Notes: generated by a model from the sequence alone, not told the origin. Counted from the first letter of the stretch, positions 1 through 11,405 are shown. The stretch is DNA of 64,000 nt from Gammaproteobacteria bacterium (GCA_034110505.1 JAWUZB010000031.1:4809-68808), one strand, 5' to 3'. Made by a program: numbers and translations.

Positions 1-1
1 G

Positions 2-3000
2 AATATTCAGTTTCAGATATGTAAAGCAGACACTAATGACCGTAGTGCAATTAGAGAGTTGAGAAGGGCTTTTCATACATTAAAGGGCAGTGCCCGTATG
101 GTTGGCCTTGAAGGCGTCGCTGAAATCGCCTGGTTGAGTGAGTCTTTGTTTAATTATGTGCTCGATACAGAGAAACCCCTCAGTAGTGGCACCTTACGTT
201 TCGCACGAGAGTCTCTAGATGAATTTCAAATTCAATTAGATGATCGCTATGCTAATCAACATTTAATTGATACCGCAGAATGGGGTCAAAAAACCGAGCA
301 AATCAACTCAGGCGAAGATGAAGTTGACCAAGAACAGCTCGATCAAGTGTCTGAACTCGATGTTTCAGAGTTGGCTGAGGTGACAGAAATTGAAGGCGCT
401 TCTGGCTACGCCGAAGACGACGATAATTTGCTCGAGGATCTGGATTCTTCCGAGGCAGACTCGGTTGAATTAGAGTTCGGTGATTTTGAACTGGAAGAGA
501 TCGAGCTTGAAAAAATAGATGAAGAGGTAATCGACCTCTATGAACCGGCATCCGATGAGGAGTTAGCCGATATTTTGGAAATGAATTCTGAGAGCAGCAT
601 CATAGAATTCGCAAGTGAAATGTTGCTTGAAGAAGACTCAGTACTTGATCCATCCAATCAAGAATTAGGCGATGTGCTCGAGGAGAACTCACTCGACACG
701 AAGGCCGACGAAGACCAAATTAATGAGTCAATTGCTGAGCATTCGCATGAAAACGTAGACGAGTTTGACGAGCAGAACAGCGAATTAGAAGCTAAGAGTG
801 TTGCTGATTCATTGATAAATGATCCAGAAACTCGCGAAATATTTATCCAAGAAGCACATACTAATTTAGATCGAATAGACCAAGAGCTAAGTAAAGACCT
901 TATTCTCTTTGGCGACGATAAAATGCTTTCCATCTCGATTCATACTCTGCTGGGTAATTCTCGTACCCTTGGTCTGGTCGATGTTGCCGCCGCCTACGCA
1001 AGTGCCGAAAACTTATGTCAGGCGAAATCCGAGAACGGCACCAGTATCACTGAAGGAGAGCACGCACTTTTAAGTAGTTTATTGAATCAAAGTCGTGAGG
1101 GTTTTGTTGATCCTTTAGACGGCTATCCATATTATAAGTGGGATATAAGCGCGTTTAAGAACATTCAAGACGGCTTAGACGCGGCTGTACAGGCTGAGCT
1201 TGATAGCCAGATTAAAGCTAACAGTCATGCGCCGAGTAGCGACGAATTACCGGCTAACGATCTAAGGTTGGACGATAATTTACTTGTTCTTGACGGAGAC
1301 TCAATAGCAGACTTTGATGATCTAGTTAACGATGAGGTAATAGAACTGGATCAAGCTAATGCTGACGATTTTGATATTGAATTAGACGTCGATGACATAA
1401 TTGAGCTAGATATTAGCGATGATGATCTTAGTATTACCGACATAAGTAATGGTGATGATTTTACCGAAGTAAAAGACTTAATTCGCGATTCAGATCGCGT
1501 GGCGGCTGTGTTCGAAGGCCTTGATTCGATCGATGACCTGATTGACGATGCAGATATCGATGCTGAAATTGCATCCGAAAGTGATGATGATTTAAGTAGC
1601 TTCGAATCCTCCTTGTCGGCGTTCAAACAAGCTAAGTCTGCTAACGTGGTGGGCGTTGAGAACGGTAATGTGGATTCTGAGAGTCTTATTCCAGAAGATA
1701 TTGTTGACCAGCTTGAAGGTGATATTTTGTCGCTCGAGACAGGCAGTCTGCTTGATTTATCTGAACCAGAACTAGAATTTGAACCAGAACTAGAATCTGG
1801 CCCAGAGCCAGAACTAGAGCAAGAATCTGAACCAGAACTAGAATCTGGCTCAGAGCCAGAACTTGAATCCGAACCAGAGCCAGTTGTTGCCGCTATAGTT
1901 GAAGTTGAAGACGATGGCAGTGATATCGATGACGAGCTTAGAGCTATTTTTGTTGAAGAGCTTGGTGATCTACATCATGAGTTAGACGACGAAGTAGCGA
2001 AACTATCAAACTTGGGCGAAATGGGGCCAGCAATGGCAAATGTAATGCGCCACTTGCATACCATAAAAGGCAGTTCGTTGATGGCCGATGCCAATGCTCT
2101 TGGTGATCTAACTCATCACACAGAAAGCTTTTTAGAGAGTAATTTCATTCGCAATGAAGATGATCTTCGAGAGGTTAGAACGACACTCGAACTCTATGTT
2201 GACGCAGTTCATTCAGCCTCGAAAGCATATCAGGCTAATAATCAATTTCAGGCATCCAATGATCTGCTGGTTAAGCTAGGCGTTAGTGCCGATGCTAAAG
2301 TAGATCAAAGCGCGGCTAAGGCCGAGGTTATTCAAGCCGCAAAAGAGGCTGAAGAAGCTCAAGTTGACGAGCAGATGAGTAGTCTTGATATCAGCGAGGG
2401 CTTAACCCTAATTGCCGCTCAAGTCAGTGAAACTAATTCTAACTGGAAGTCGGCAAAAGGTTGGAAGAAAATTCGCCCTCAGATGTTAGACCAATGTGTT
2501 GCGCTAAGTAATTTAGCCAACGACAGCGGTGATGTGCTGCAGGATTTAGTGCCGCTTATAAGCCGAACGCAGGTCTGCGTAGAAGATCTGGTGGTTTTAA
2601 AAGCCGATGAATTTAGGCAAGCAAAGTCTCTAATCGAGGAGTCATTCGATGTCATTATTGCTGGCAGCAATGAGCTCGTTGAAGGCAGGCCAGTAGACGA
2701 TTTTACAACGCTTATGCAGCAGCTCTCAGATCAGTCATCGTCGGCTGAAAAGCAAGCTAAACCTGAGGCTGACCCACTAGCCTCCGCGGCAACAGTGGAA
2801 GCAGCAATTTTTGTGCCTGGCTCCACTGAGGTTAGTGTTGCAGAGCAAAAAGATATTAATCGACAAGAGCAAGCGCAGAGAGATCGAGCAGCGGCCCTGA
2901 GAATTAGAACAGATACACTGGATTCACTGACCAACTTTGTCGGTGATGCCAGCATGAATCGTTCACAAATGCGTGAAGACGTATTATCTGTTAAGTCAGT

Positions 3001-4714
3001 TGTTGAAGAACTTTATAACAATGTTCAACGATTTAGTGCGCAGCTTCGAGAGTTAGAGATAGAAGCTGACAGTAAAATTACATCGAGGACTAATCAAAGT
3101 TTAAATACTGAGCGAGGTGATGAATTTGATCCGCTCGAACTCGATAGGTATACAAAGCTACAACAATTATCGCGAGGCTTAGCTGAAAACCTCGATGAGC
3201 TGGGTGGCATTCAAAATAGTTTAAGCAGCTTCGTTTACAAGGCTGAAACGTCATTGCAGAAGCAAGAGAGACTAAACCGGGAACTGCAGGATAAAATTAT
3301 GCAGGTTCGCTTGGTGTCTTTTGGCGGCATTGGAGCTCAGTTGAGACAGGTTGTTCGTCGAACTGGTCGCGAATTAAATAAAGACGTTGAGTTGGAAATG
3401 GTTGGCGCTGATGTGCGTTTAGATAAAACTATTCTCGATGGGGTAGTTCCAGCGCTCGAGCACATGCTACGAAATTCCGTTGACCATGGTATTGAATCAC
3501 CTGAAGATCGTAAGAAATCAAGTAAGACGAAAGTGGGTAAGATCACCGTTGAGTGTCGCCAAGTAGCTCGTGAAATAATGATTTCGGTACGTGATGATGG
3601 TGTTGGCCTTAACTTAGAGAAAATTAGAAGGAAAGCCATTGACTATAAGTTGCTAGCTGAAGATCAACCGCTGAATCCAGAAGATATGTTGATGTATATT
3701 TCTCAAAGCGGTTTTAGTACAGCCTCGAAGTTAACCCAAATATCAGGCCGCGGCGTTGGCATGAATGTAGTTCAATCGACCTTGCTTCGGATGAGTGGAA
3801 GTATCGCTTATGACGTTGAAAACAAGAGTATCGGTTCGAATTTCATTATCAGATTACCGATTTCTCTAGCGGTATCTAGTGCAATGTTCGTAAATTCTGG
3901 CGACCAAATGTTCGCAATTTCGGCGCGTACTATTGAGCGTATTATTAGCGTAGATGCAGACGACTTGATCGTACATTTAAAAGCAGAAAAGCCAAAAATG
4001 GACGTAGGCGGTCAAACTTATGCGTTAATCGATTTAGCAGACTACTTAGGATATGACTCTAAGTTATCAATGCTGAGCGGTAAGCAGTCGGTAATTTTAG
4101 TTAATGCCGGCGTGCAAAATATCGCCGTTATTGTCGAGCGGTTACTCGATACACAAGAAATTGTAGTGAAAAGCCTTGGTGAGCATTTAGGTCGAATCCC
4201 GATTTACGCTGGAGCAACAATTCGAGCTAATGGCTCGGTAGTGCTGTTGCTAGATTTAGTTGGCATCTCATACTACGAATCATTCGTCTCGATCCCTGAT
4301 CAGAATGCGACCATTTCTCAGACTATTCCTACTGTTATGGTGGTCGATGATTCGCTCACGGTACGTAAATCGGCTGAGCGTGACATTGCCGGCTTAGGAA
4401 TTAACTCGGTGCTTGCTAAAGATGGTTTAGATGCTCAGATTCAATTGAATCAAGAGGCGCCAGATATGATTCTGCTCGATATCGAGATGCCTCGAATGGA
4501 CGGTTTTGAACTATTGGAATGGGTTAAGTCAGTTGATCACCTAAAGCACATTCCGGTGGTGATGATCTCGTCTCGTGCGACCGAGAAGTACATCGATAAG
4601 GCAACGGTTTTAGGTTGCAGTGCTTTTCTAGGTAAGCCATACCTATTAGAGAATTTAGTGCAGGTATTTAACCAGCACTTAAAACTTGATGCGCCGATCG
4701 AGCTAGATTCGTAG
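2..4714 (+). CDS. chpA: ChpA/PilL-type chemosensory hybrid kinase (multiple Hpt, CheA HATPase, CheW, C-terminal REC); 5'-truncated by the window
   Basis: Frame open from position 2. Hpt motifs RRAFHTLKGS, IHTLLGNS, RHLHTIKGS; ChpA-typical EFDPLELDRYTKLQQLSRGLAE; N-box HMLRNSVDHGIE; G2 box GRGVGM; REC domain VMVVDDS..LLDIEMPRMDG; followed by a CheW-like gene. Confidence 0.9.
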   Translation, partial: NIQFQICKADTNDRSAIRELRRAFHTLKGSARMVGLEGVAEIAWLSESLFNYVLDTEKPLSSGTLRFARESLDEFQIQLDDRYANQHLIDTAEWGQKTEQINSGEDEVDQEQLDQVSELDVSELAEVTEIEGASGYAEDDDNLLEDLDSSEADSVELEFGDFELEEIELEKIDEEVIDLYEPASDEELADILEMNSESSIIEFASEMLLEEDSVLDPSNQELGDVLEENSLDTKADEDQINESIAEHSHENVDEFDEQNSELEAKSVADSLINDPETREIFIQEAHTNLDRIDQELSKDLILFGDDKMLSISIHTLLGNSRTLGLVDVAAAYASAENLCQAKSENGTSITEGEHALLSSLLNQSREGFVDPLDGYPYYKWDISAFKNIQDGLDAAVQAELDSQIKANSHAPSSDELPANDLRLDDNLLVLDGDSIADFDDLVNDEVIELDQANADDFDIELDVDDIIELDISDDDLSITDISNGDDFTEVKDLIRDSDRVAAVFEGLDSIDDLIDDADIDAEIASESDDDLSSFESSLSAFKQAKSANVVGVENGNVDSESLIPEDIVDQLEGDILSLETGSLLDLSEPELEFEPELESGPEPELEQESEPELESGSEPELESEPEPVVAAIVEVEDDGSDIDDELRAIFVEELGDLHHELDDEVAKLSNLGEMGPAMANVMRHLHTIKGSSLMADANALGDLTHHTESFLESNFIRNEDDLREVRTTLELYVDAVHSASKAYQANNQFQASNDLLVKLGVSADAKVDQSAAKAEVIQAAKEAEEAQVDEQMSSLDISEGLTLIAAQVSETNSNWKSAKGWKKIRPQMLDQCVALSNLANDSGDVLQDLVPLISRTQVCVEDLVVLKADEFRQAKSLIEESFDVIIAGSNELVEGRPVDDFTTLMQQLSDQSSSAEKQAKPEADPLASAATVEAAIFVPGSTEVSVAEQKDINRQEQAQRDRAAALRIRTDTLDSLTNFVGDASMNRSQMREDVLSVKSVVEELYNNVQRFSAQLRELEIEADSKITSRTNQSLNTERGDEFDPLELDRYTKLQQLSRGLAENLDELGGIQNSLSSFVYKAETSLQKQERLNRELQDKIMQVRLVSFGGIGAQLRQVVRRTGRELNKDVELEMVGADVRLDKTILDGVVPALEHMLRNSVDHGIESPEDRKKSSKTKVGKITVECRQVAREIMISVRDDGVGLNLEKIRRKAIDYKLLAEDQPLNPEDMLMYISQSGFSTASKLTQISGRGVGMNVVQSTLLRMSGSIAYDVENKSIGSNFIIRLPISLAVSSAMFVNSGDQMFAISARTIERIISVDADDLIVHLKAEKPKMDVGGQTYALIDLADYLGYDSKLSMLSGKQSVILVNAGVQNIAVIVERLLDTQEIVVKSLGEHLGRIPIYAGATIRANGSVVLLLDLVGISYYESFVSIPDQNATISQTIPTVMVVDDSLTVRKSAERDIAGLGINSVLAKDGLDAQIQLNQEAPDMILLDIEMPRMDGFELLEWVKSVDHLKHIPVVMISSRATEKYIDKATVLGCSAFLGKPYLLENLVQVFNQHLKLDAPIELDS
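1761..1883 (+). repeat. Intragenic imperfect tandem repeat (gaRccagaactagaa core) encoding an (EPELE)n acidic linker
   Basis: Five EPELE-type units in the DNA and the translation: EPELEFEPELESGPEPELEQESEPELESGSEPELESEPEP. Confidence 0.85.
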
Positions 4715-4753
4715 CAAATTTTGTACTAATAATAAGAGAAACAACGCTGACTT

Positions 4754-5215
4754 ATGAGCACTGAAACACTAGATTGTTATATTTTGCCTTCGGCCAAGAT
4801 GCCATTGTTGCTGCCGGTAGAAACTATTTCAGAAGTGGTGGCAAAGCCTGAAATCGAAATGTTGACGAAAGCGCCGGCAAATTGGATGAAAGGTCACGTG
4901 AATTGGCGTAATCAGCGCTTACCTGTGGTTTCTTACGCAGCATTGCACGATGCAAAGCTGAAGGATAAGAGCGCATCTGCAAGCGATTCACTATTGGTTG
5001 TTCTTAATCCAATACCTAACGCCGCTCGAAAAACATATTCAGGCTTATTTTGTCATGGTGAAGTTAAAAGAATCACCGTGCAGGCAAACCTTGAGTTTGG
5101 TGAGGTGCCTGATGGTATGGATAAGCGCTATATCGAAGCGATCGTTAAAATTGGAGAGACTCAATTTATCGTGCCAAAGTTAGCCGCTCTGGGAGTGGCA
5201 TTTTCATACTTCTAG
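4754..5215 (+). CDS. chpC: CheW-like adaptor, ChpC type
   Basis: LLLPVETISEV...APANWMKGHVNWRNQRLPVVSY CheW-like pattern; directly downstream of chpA. Confidence 0.75.
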   Translation: MSTETLDCYILPSAKMPLLLPVETISEVVAKPEIEMLTKAPANWMKGHVNWRNQRLPVVSYAALHDAKLKDKSASASDSLLVVLNPIPNAARKTYSGLFCHGEVKRITVQANLEFGEVPDGMDKRYIEAIVKIGETQFIVPKLAALGVAFSYF

Positions 5216-5562
5216 TTTTGCTGTGACGGCAGTTAGAAATAGGTCGATTTATTAGCTTCTTCAAGCTTTAGTTTAATCTTAGATCTGGGTACTAAAAGAT
5301 GCTTGGTTTAGTGCTAGTTTATCTAACAAAGTTCAAGCGTAAATACAATGAATTGATTAATTCGAATTTTAAAATCACTTTGTTTTAATAATCTTAATCT
5401 ACAGAGCATTGCAAAAAAACACTTATTTGGCTCCTCAGTCAGCGCATCCATAGCCAAATTTGCTATATTACGCCCTGATCTTAGGCGTGGTGTGTGTTAG
5501 CCCATTTTGGCTCCTTTGCACTGGTCTATATTTTCCAAATCTTTGCTCAAGGAGCTCTTCTC

Positions 5563-7560
5563 ATGTCTTCGATAAATCGACAACAACTTGCCAACGCTAT
5601 ACGTGTGCTCAGCGCTGACGCTGTACAACAAGCTAATTCAGGCCATCCGGGTGCACCGATGGGCATGGCCGATATTGCCGAGGTTTTATGGAACGACTTT
5701 CTGAGTCATAACCCGAAAAACCCGAATTGGCATAATCGTGACCGATTTGTATTGTCAAATGGCCACGGTTCGATGCTGATTTACTCGCTTCTTCACCTTG
5801 CTGGTTATGACTTAAGCGCGGATGATTTAAGAAATTTCCGTCAGCTTCACTCTAAAACTCCGGGTCACCCAGAGTACGGATATACGGCTGGTATAGAAAC
5901 GACTACGGGTCCACTCGGTCAAGGTATTGCGAATGGCGTCGGTATGGCGATCGCTGAAAAGACTTTAGCCGCACAATTCAATACTGCTGAGCACACCATT
6001 GTTGATCATAATACTTATGTTTTTATGGGCGATGGTTGCATGATGGAAGGAATCTCTCATGAAGCATGTTCTTTAGCTGGCACCCTTGGTCTTGGTAAAT
6101 TGGTGGCGTTCTGGGACGACAACGGCATCTCGATTGACGGCGAAGTTGAAGGTTGGTTCACTGACGACACCCCTGCTCGTTTTAGGGCCTACGGCTGGCA
6201 CGTAATTGCCGATGTTGATGGTCATGACGCATCGGCTTTACACGCCGCCATAACTCAAGCAACTGCAGAGACGTCACGACCAACCCTGGTTTGTTGTAAA
6301 ACGGTAATAGGCAAAGGCTCGCCTAATAAAGAAGGAACCGAAAATTGCCATGGCTCACCTCTGGGTGCCGACGAAATAACCTTAGTGCGCGAGCGCCTTG
6401 GCTGGGATGCGGCGCCATTTGAAGTGCCTGCTGATATCAAGGCGGCTTGGGATGGCAGTGAAAAAGGGGCTGAAGCTGAGCAAACTTGGCAAGCTACTTT
6501 TAATGCATATCAAGCGGCTAACCCGCAACAAGCATCTGAATTTTTACGTCGTATGGCCGGCGATTTGCCGGCAAACTGGGCGGCTGAATCGGCTAGTCTT
6601 GTAGTCAAAGCTGACCAAGCCGCACAAACCGTCGCTACTCGTAAAGCAAGTTTAAATTCATTGAACCAACTAGGGCCACTATTGCCAGAATTAATCGGCG
6701 GTTCAGCCGACTTAGCCGGCTCTAATTATACAATTTGGGATGGGTCTAAAGGTATAAGTGCCAATGATGCATCGGGCAATTACTTGTACTTCGGGGTACG
6801 TGAGTTTGCCATGGCCGCTATTTCAAACGGTATAGTTTTGCATGGTGGTTTTAAGGCCTATGGCGGTACCTTCTTAGTATTCGCTGATTACATGCGCAAC
6901 GGTATGCGTATGTCAGCCCTAATGAAGCAGCCGGTTATTTATGTGCTAACACACGATTCAATTGGCTTGGGTGAAGATGGCCCGACTCATCAACCAGTTG
7001 AGCACGTTTCGAGCTTACGTTTGATTCCTAACATGTCACTCTGGCGTCCGTGTGATGCGGTCGAGTCTTTGGTCGCTTGGAAAGTTGCCATAGAGTCTCA
7101 AGACAAGCCAAGCAGCTTAGTATTTTCACGTCAAAACTTACCACATCAAAATCGAACTGCAGAGCAGTTAGCCAATATTGAAAAAGGTGGTTACGTGTTA
7201 AAGGATTGCGATGGTATCGCTGATGTGATTTTGATTGCTACTGGTTCCGAAGTGGCCTTAGCGATGGATTCTTGTTCCGCTCTCGAGAAGCAAGGTAAAG
7301 CAGTGCGGGTGGTATCAATGCCATCAACTGATTGTTTCGATGCTCAAGATGCGGCTTACAAAGAAAGTGTTCTGCCGAGGTCGGTGAGTAAGCGTGTCGC
7401 TCTAGAAGCCGGCATTAGTGACTATTGGTATAAATATGTTGGCCTCCACGGCGCGGTGATCGGCATGACCAGTTTTGGTGAATCAGCACCTGCCGATCAG
7501 TTATTTGAATACTTTGGTTTTACCGTCGACAATGTTGTTGATACGGTTAATAAGCTGTAA
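5563..7560 (+). CDS. tkt: Transketolase
   Basis: [32 protein letters not shown] (TPP motif), [16 protein letters not shown]; ATG at 5563 follows an AAGGAG RBS. Confidence 0.98.
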   Translation: MSSINRQQLANAIRVLSADAVQQANSGHPGAPMGMADIAEVLWNDFLSHNPKNPNWHNRDRFVLSNGHGSMLIYSLLHLAGYDLSADDLRNFRQLHSKTPGHPEYGYTAGIETTTGPLGQGIANGVGMAIAEKTLAAQFNTAEHTIVDHNTYVFMGDGCMMEGISHEACSLAGTLGLGKLVAFWDDNGISIDGEVEGWFTDDTPARFRAYGWHVIADVDGHDASALHAAITQATAETSRPTLVCCKTVIGKGSPNKEGTENCHGSPLGADEITLVRERLGWDAAPFEVPADIKAAWDGSEKGAEAEQTWQATFNAYQAANPQQASEFLRRMAGDLPANWAAESASLVVKADQAAQTVATRKASLNSLNQLGPLLPELIGGSADLAGSNYTIWDGSKGISANDASGNYLYFGVREFAMAAISNGIVLHGGFKAYGGTFLVFADYMRNGMRMSALMKQPVIYVLTHDSIGLGEDGPTHQPVEHVSSLRLIPNMSLWRPCDAVESLVAWKVAIESQDKPSSLVFSRQNLPHQNRTAEQLANIEKGGYVLKDCDGIADVILIATGSEVALAMDSCSALEKQGKAVRVVSMPSTDCFDAQDAAYKESVLPRSVSKRVALEAGISDYWYKYVGLHGAVIGMTSFGESAPADQLFEYFGFTVDNVVDTVNKL

Positions 7561-7600
7561 TCAGTTTTACTAATAACAACTAACTAAATAAGCTCGCCAA

Positions 7601-8782
7601 ATGAAATTTCTTCGTATGCAAGACCTAGACCTCGAAGGTAAACGAGTTCTGATTCGCCAAGATCTTAATGTGCCAATGAAAAACGGTGCGGTCAGTAATG
7701 ATGCTCGTATTCGGGCATCACTTGCGACCATAACCTTGGCGCTCGAAAAGGGCGCTAAAATTATGTTGATGTCTCATCTAGGACGGCCAACAGAAGGCCA
7801 AGCAGATGAGGAATTCTCATTAAAACCCATCGCCGATCGATTGAGTCAGCATTTAGGTAAGCCCGTACGCTTAGAGAAAGACTGGTTGAACGGCGTTGAG
7901 TTGAGTGATGGTGACATTGTTCTCTGTGAAAACGTACGTTTTAACATAGGTGAAAAAGCCGATGACGAGTCGTTATCAAAGGCCATGGCTAACTTGTGCG
8001 ATGTCTTTGTTATGGACGCGTTTGGTACCGCTCACAGAGCCCAAGCGTCGACTCATGGAGTGGCTAAATATGCGCCGATCGCATGTGCTGGGCCATTATT
8101 AAGTAATGAGCTAGATGCATTATCCAAAGCCTTAGATAACCCCGCCAAACCGATTGTCGCGATTGTTGGCGGCTCTAAAGTGTCGACTAAATTAACAGTG
8201 TTAGATGCGCTTTCCGACAAGGTTGATCAACTAATTGTCGGTGGTGGAATTGCCAATACATTTATCGCCGCCGCGGGCTATGAGGTTGGTAAATCGCTGT
8301 GTGAAAATGATCTGATAGAGCAAGCCAATGAGCTGACCCGTAAAGCACAGCAAACTAATGGAGATATACCAATACCTATTGATGTGGTGTGCGGCAAGGA
8401 GTTTTCAGAAACAGCAGAAGCGGTCACCAAGCTAGTCAGCGAAGTGGTGTCTGATGATATGATTTTCGATATTGGTCCAAATACGGCCGAGCAATTTTCG
8501 GCTTTATTAAAAAGTGCCGGAACTATCGTTTGGAATGGTCCCGTAGGTGTATTTGAATTTGAGCAATTTTCTGGTGGCACTAAAGCGCTGGCACTGGCTA
8601 TTGCAGAGTCAGCGGCATTTTCGATTGCCGGCGGAGGTGATACTGTTGCGGCAATTGATAAGTACGGAGTTGCGGATGATATTTCTTACATCTCGACAGG
8701 TGGCGGTGCCTTCTTAGAATTTCTTGAGGGTAAGACTTTACCCGCGGTAAGTATTCTTGAGCAGCGAGCCGCCGAACTGTAA
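7601..8782 (+). CDS. pgk: Phosphoglycerate kinase
   Basis: [53 protein letters not shown]. Confidence 0.98.
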   Translation: MKFLRMQDLDLEGKRVLIRQDLNVPMKNGAVSNDARIRASLATITLALEKGAKIMLMSHLGRPTEGQADEEFSLKPIADRLSQHLGKPVRLEKDWLNGVELSDGDIVLCENVRFNIGEKADDESLSKAMANLCDVFVMDAFGTAHRAQASTHGVAKYAPIACAGPLLSNELDALSKALDNPAKPIVAIVGGSKVSTKLTVLDALSDKVDQLIVGGGIANTFIAAAGYEVGKSLCENDLIEQANELTRKAQQTNGDIPIPIDVVCGKEFSETAEAVTKLVSEVVSDDMIFDIGPNTAEQFSALLKSAGTIVWNGPVGVFEFEQFSGGTKALALAIAESAAFSIAGGGDTVAAIDKYGVADDISYISTGGGAFLEFLEGKTLPAVSILEQRAAEL

Positions 8783-9124
8783 TCTTTATCGGCATCGGCT
8801 TGTTATTCAGCAAGCGATAAATCATGCCCAATTCTTAGCGATAAAGCGGTTTTGTTAGACATATGTTATTTAAGTAAGCGAATTAGGGGCTCTCATCGTC
8901 TTGATTCAGCTCTTGTGCAGGTTCAATATTAAGTGCCAGTTCAATATCAGATAATAGATAAAACCAAACATGTTGCAGAGTAAGCGCTAATACATGCGGT
9001 TCTATTGGCTGTTCCTGTAGTACCTAGCAGCTCGCTTAGGGGGCGCTGTCTATGTGTGTTACGGAGAACCAGTGTGTTTTGTAACAAGCAAATCACTGGC
9101 AGGGTGTAAAAGTAGGGGTGAGTA

Positions 9125-9682
9125 ATGGGGTTTGGCCTAGTAGCGTCGTGGTTTATGTTAGCGTGCATTGTGTCGGTTGATACGACTGCATTAGAGGTTG
9201 GTGGTACCGAGGAAGGGTTGAATATCAGCCCGACTTTGACAGTGCCTAAGCCACTCCCGGAGTCGAAACCAGCGGGTCAATTAACTGATATTGATACCGC
9301 GACACCGAATGCGGGAGCATCGGATCAGCCGCAGGCGCAACAAATTATCGCCACATTAACCCAGACTATCGGCAACCTTTCTCAGCAGCTTTTGCATAAA
9401 GATCAACAAATTGAGCACCTGCAGAAGCAACTAGTAGAGCTCACACAACATGGTAATGAAGATATTGTGGTCCAGCCGATAACGTTGCTGCCAGAACAGC
9501 AATTTCAATCTATGTTTGATAAGAAATCACCAGCTAGTATCCCCATCGGCATTTCATCTATAGCGACTCAAAAAGCCACTTCTGTCTGGCAGTGGCTGCT
9601 CTTGAGCGCTGCAGTGTCGGCCGCCTTAGCTTGCCTTCTGCGGGCTGATTTTTACTGGCGCGGGCAGACTGAACTTATTTAG
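9125..9682 (+). CDS. Hypothetical exported/membrane protein; probable N-terminal part of a frameshifted FimV-like gene
   Basis: Signal-like N-terminus, coiled-coil stretch (LSQQLLHKDQQIEHLQKQLVEL), hydrophobic WQWLLLSAAVSAAL near the end. Confidence 0.55.
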   Translation: MGFGLVASWFMLACIVSVDTTALEVGGTEEGLNISPTLTVPKPLPESKPAGQLTDIDTATPNAGASDQPQAQQIIATLTQTIGNLSQQLLHKDQQIEHLQKQLVELTQHGNEDIVVQPITLLPEQQFQSMFDKKSPASIPIGISSIATQKATSVWQWLLLSAAVSAALACLLRADFYWRGQTELI

Positions 9683-9827
9683 TTCTACTAATAAGCGCCA
9701 ATTTAATAGCACGGTCCAACAAAAAACCGACCTTAGCGGCATTAAAATTGGGCAAGAGTCGACGCTAGGACCGACCCGTCACTCAAGTTCAAGAGACACT
9801 GTATCAGGACGTGAGATCAAAAAAAAT

Positions 9828-10193
9828 ATGGCCGACGAAGAAGTAATGGCCGGTATTTCATATCTTGATTTAGCTGATGAAGCTCGTCAAAGCTTAGAAT
9901 TTCAATCGAATCAGATTAGCGATGACATAGAGGACTTAAACTTTAACCAGAGGTTTGATCAGTTGCTGGATGAAAAAGATTTTCAGTTTGCCCGAGAACT
10001 TCTAGATTTTGCGCGCTACAATGAAATCAACGATGACCGATATCATTACGAGCGTTTACGTCTGCTTGAGAGAATGCGCGATGAAGATGGGTTTTATAAG
10101 TACTACTATGAAATCGAATCTAAGATTCCAAGCTTTCCAGCGAATTTGCAAACGCAAATTTCACAGTTAGTTGTGCAGTTAGCACAAGCCTAA
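9828..10193 (+). CDS. Hypothetical acidic helical (TPR-like) protein; probable C-terminal part of the same gene
   Basis: Frame is open upstream to 9630; RFDQLLDEKDFQFARELL...ERLRLLERMRDEDGF resembles the FimV cytoplasmic TPR-like motif. Confidence 0.55.
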   Translation: MADEEVMAGISYLDLADEARQSLEFQSNQISDDIEDLNFNQRFDQLLDEKDFQFARELLDFARYNEINDDRYHYERLRLLERMRDEDGFYKYYYEIESKIPSFPANLQTQISQLVVQLAQA

Positions 10194-10215
10194 ATTAACC
10201 CGAGGAAGAGAAGCC

Positions 10216-10719
10216 ATGGCCGCTTTTGAGCCTATTTTAGCCGGTGCTCCTAGATTATTAATTTTGGGTTCGATGCCAAGCCAAATATCCTTGCGTGAAA
10301 ACCAGTATTACGCCAATCCGCGTAATGCTTTTTGGTGGATAATGTCTCAGTTATTTGAGTTTGACCTAGATATGGGCTATCGCGATCGTATCTTTGCACT
10401 CGAGAGTGTTGGCGTAGCTGTTTGGGATGTGCTGTATGACTGTGAGCGAAAAGGCAGTCTTGACAGTGCCATCGTCACCAACTCTGAGCAGCCTAATGAC
10501 TTCGGGCTTTTGTTCGCTCGCTACCCGACTATCTCGAAAGTTATTTTTAATGGTGCTGCTGCAGAGAAAATTTTTGCTCGCCACAATGCAAAACTTATCC
10601 AAGTTACAAAGCAGCAACGGCCCGACCTTGGATGGCATCGGTGCCCATCTACCAGCCCAGCGCATGCAAGTATCTCTAAGCATGATAAACTTCAAGCTTG
10701 GCGACTTTGCCTCCTTTAA
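10216..10719 (+). CDS. Hypoxanthine (deoxyinosine)-DNA glycosylase, UDG family 6
   Basis: LLILGSMPS, QYYANPRNAFW, GSLDSAI, FNG and PSTSPAHA motifs. Confidence 0.88.
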   Translation: MAAFEPILAGAPRLLILGSMPSQISLRENQYYANPRNAFWWIMSQLFEFDLDMGYRDRIFALESVGVAVWDVLYDCERKGSLDSAIVTNSEQPNDFGLLFARYPTISKVIFNGAAAEKIFARHNAKLIQVTKQQRPDLGWHRCPSTSPAHASISKHDKLQAWRLCLL

Positions 10720-10744
10720 CTACTTGCCATAGGCGCTATAAATA

Positions 10745-11203
10745 ATGCAAGATAATAAGCCTTTTTGGCAGAGCAAAACCTTATTCGAGATGACTTCTGA
10801 TGAGTGGGAGAGCATCTGTGATGGTTGCGCAAAGTGTTGTTTGACTCAGCTTCAAGATGAAGAAAGCGAGCAATTAGTGTTTACTGATGTCGCTTGCGAC
10901 TTACTTGATGATCAGACCTGCCGATGTACTGATTACAGTAATCGTTCTATTCGAGTTCCAAGTTGCGTAACAATGAACAAAAGCAACGTGGAAGACTCGG
11001 CCGCGTTTGCGCCTCCGAGTTGCGCCTATCGTTTGATTTTAGAGGGCGAAGATTTACCGAGTTGGCATCACCTAAATTCAGGCGATAGGGAGAGCATTCA
11101 TCAACAAGGTCAGTCGGTTCGCCACCGCGTTAGGTTTCAAGCTGAAATCGATGCTAACGACATTCAAGATTATATTGTTGAGTGGCCAGCGAATAAGTCT
11201 TAG
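10745..11203 (+). CDS. ycgN: YcgN/UPF0260 cysteine-cluster protein
   Basis: FWQSKTL..EWESICDGCAKCC, CRCTDYSNR, PPSCAYR, WHHL. Confidence 0.9.
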   Translation: MQDNKPFWQSKTLFEMTSDEWESICDGCAKCCLTQLQDEESEQLVFTDVACDLLDDQTCRCTDYSNRSIRVPSCVTMNKSNVEDSAAFAPPSCAYRLILEGEDLPSWHHLNSGDRESIHQQGQSVRHRVRFQAEIDANDIQDYIVEWPANKS

Positions 11204-11405
11204 TGTAGAGCTCGTGTATAAGGATAGTACACAAGTGTAATAATAGTGGTAGTTGCTTAAAGCTGGGCCTAAGAATTAATCCATGGTGTATACTTAGACG
11301 TAGATTTCGGCAATAAAATTGGTAGCAAGATGTAAAAGTTTTTCGGAATCGAAAATCTTTTTAAATGTCTTAGCTTGAAAACAATAAACAGGTTATCCGC
11401 TTGGA

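Noticed and set aside
8947-9168. 73-aa minus-strand ORF upstream of the FimV-like gene
   Set aside because: No motif or RBS, and it overlaps the start of the plus-strand gene; probably spurious.
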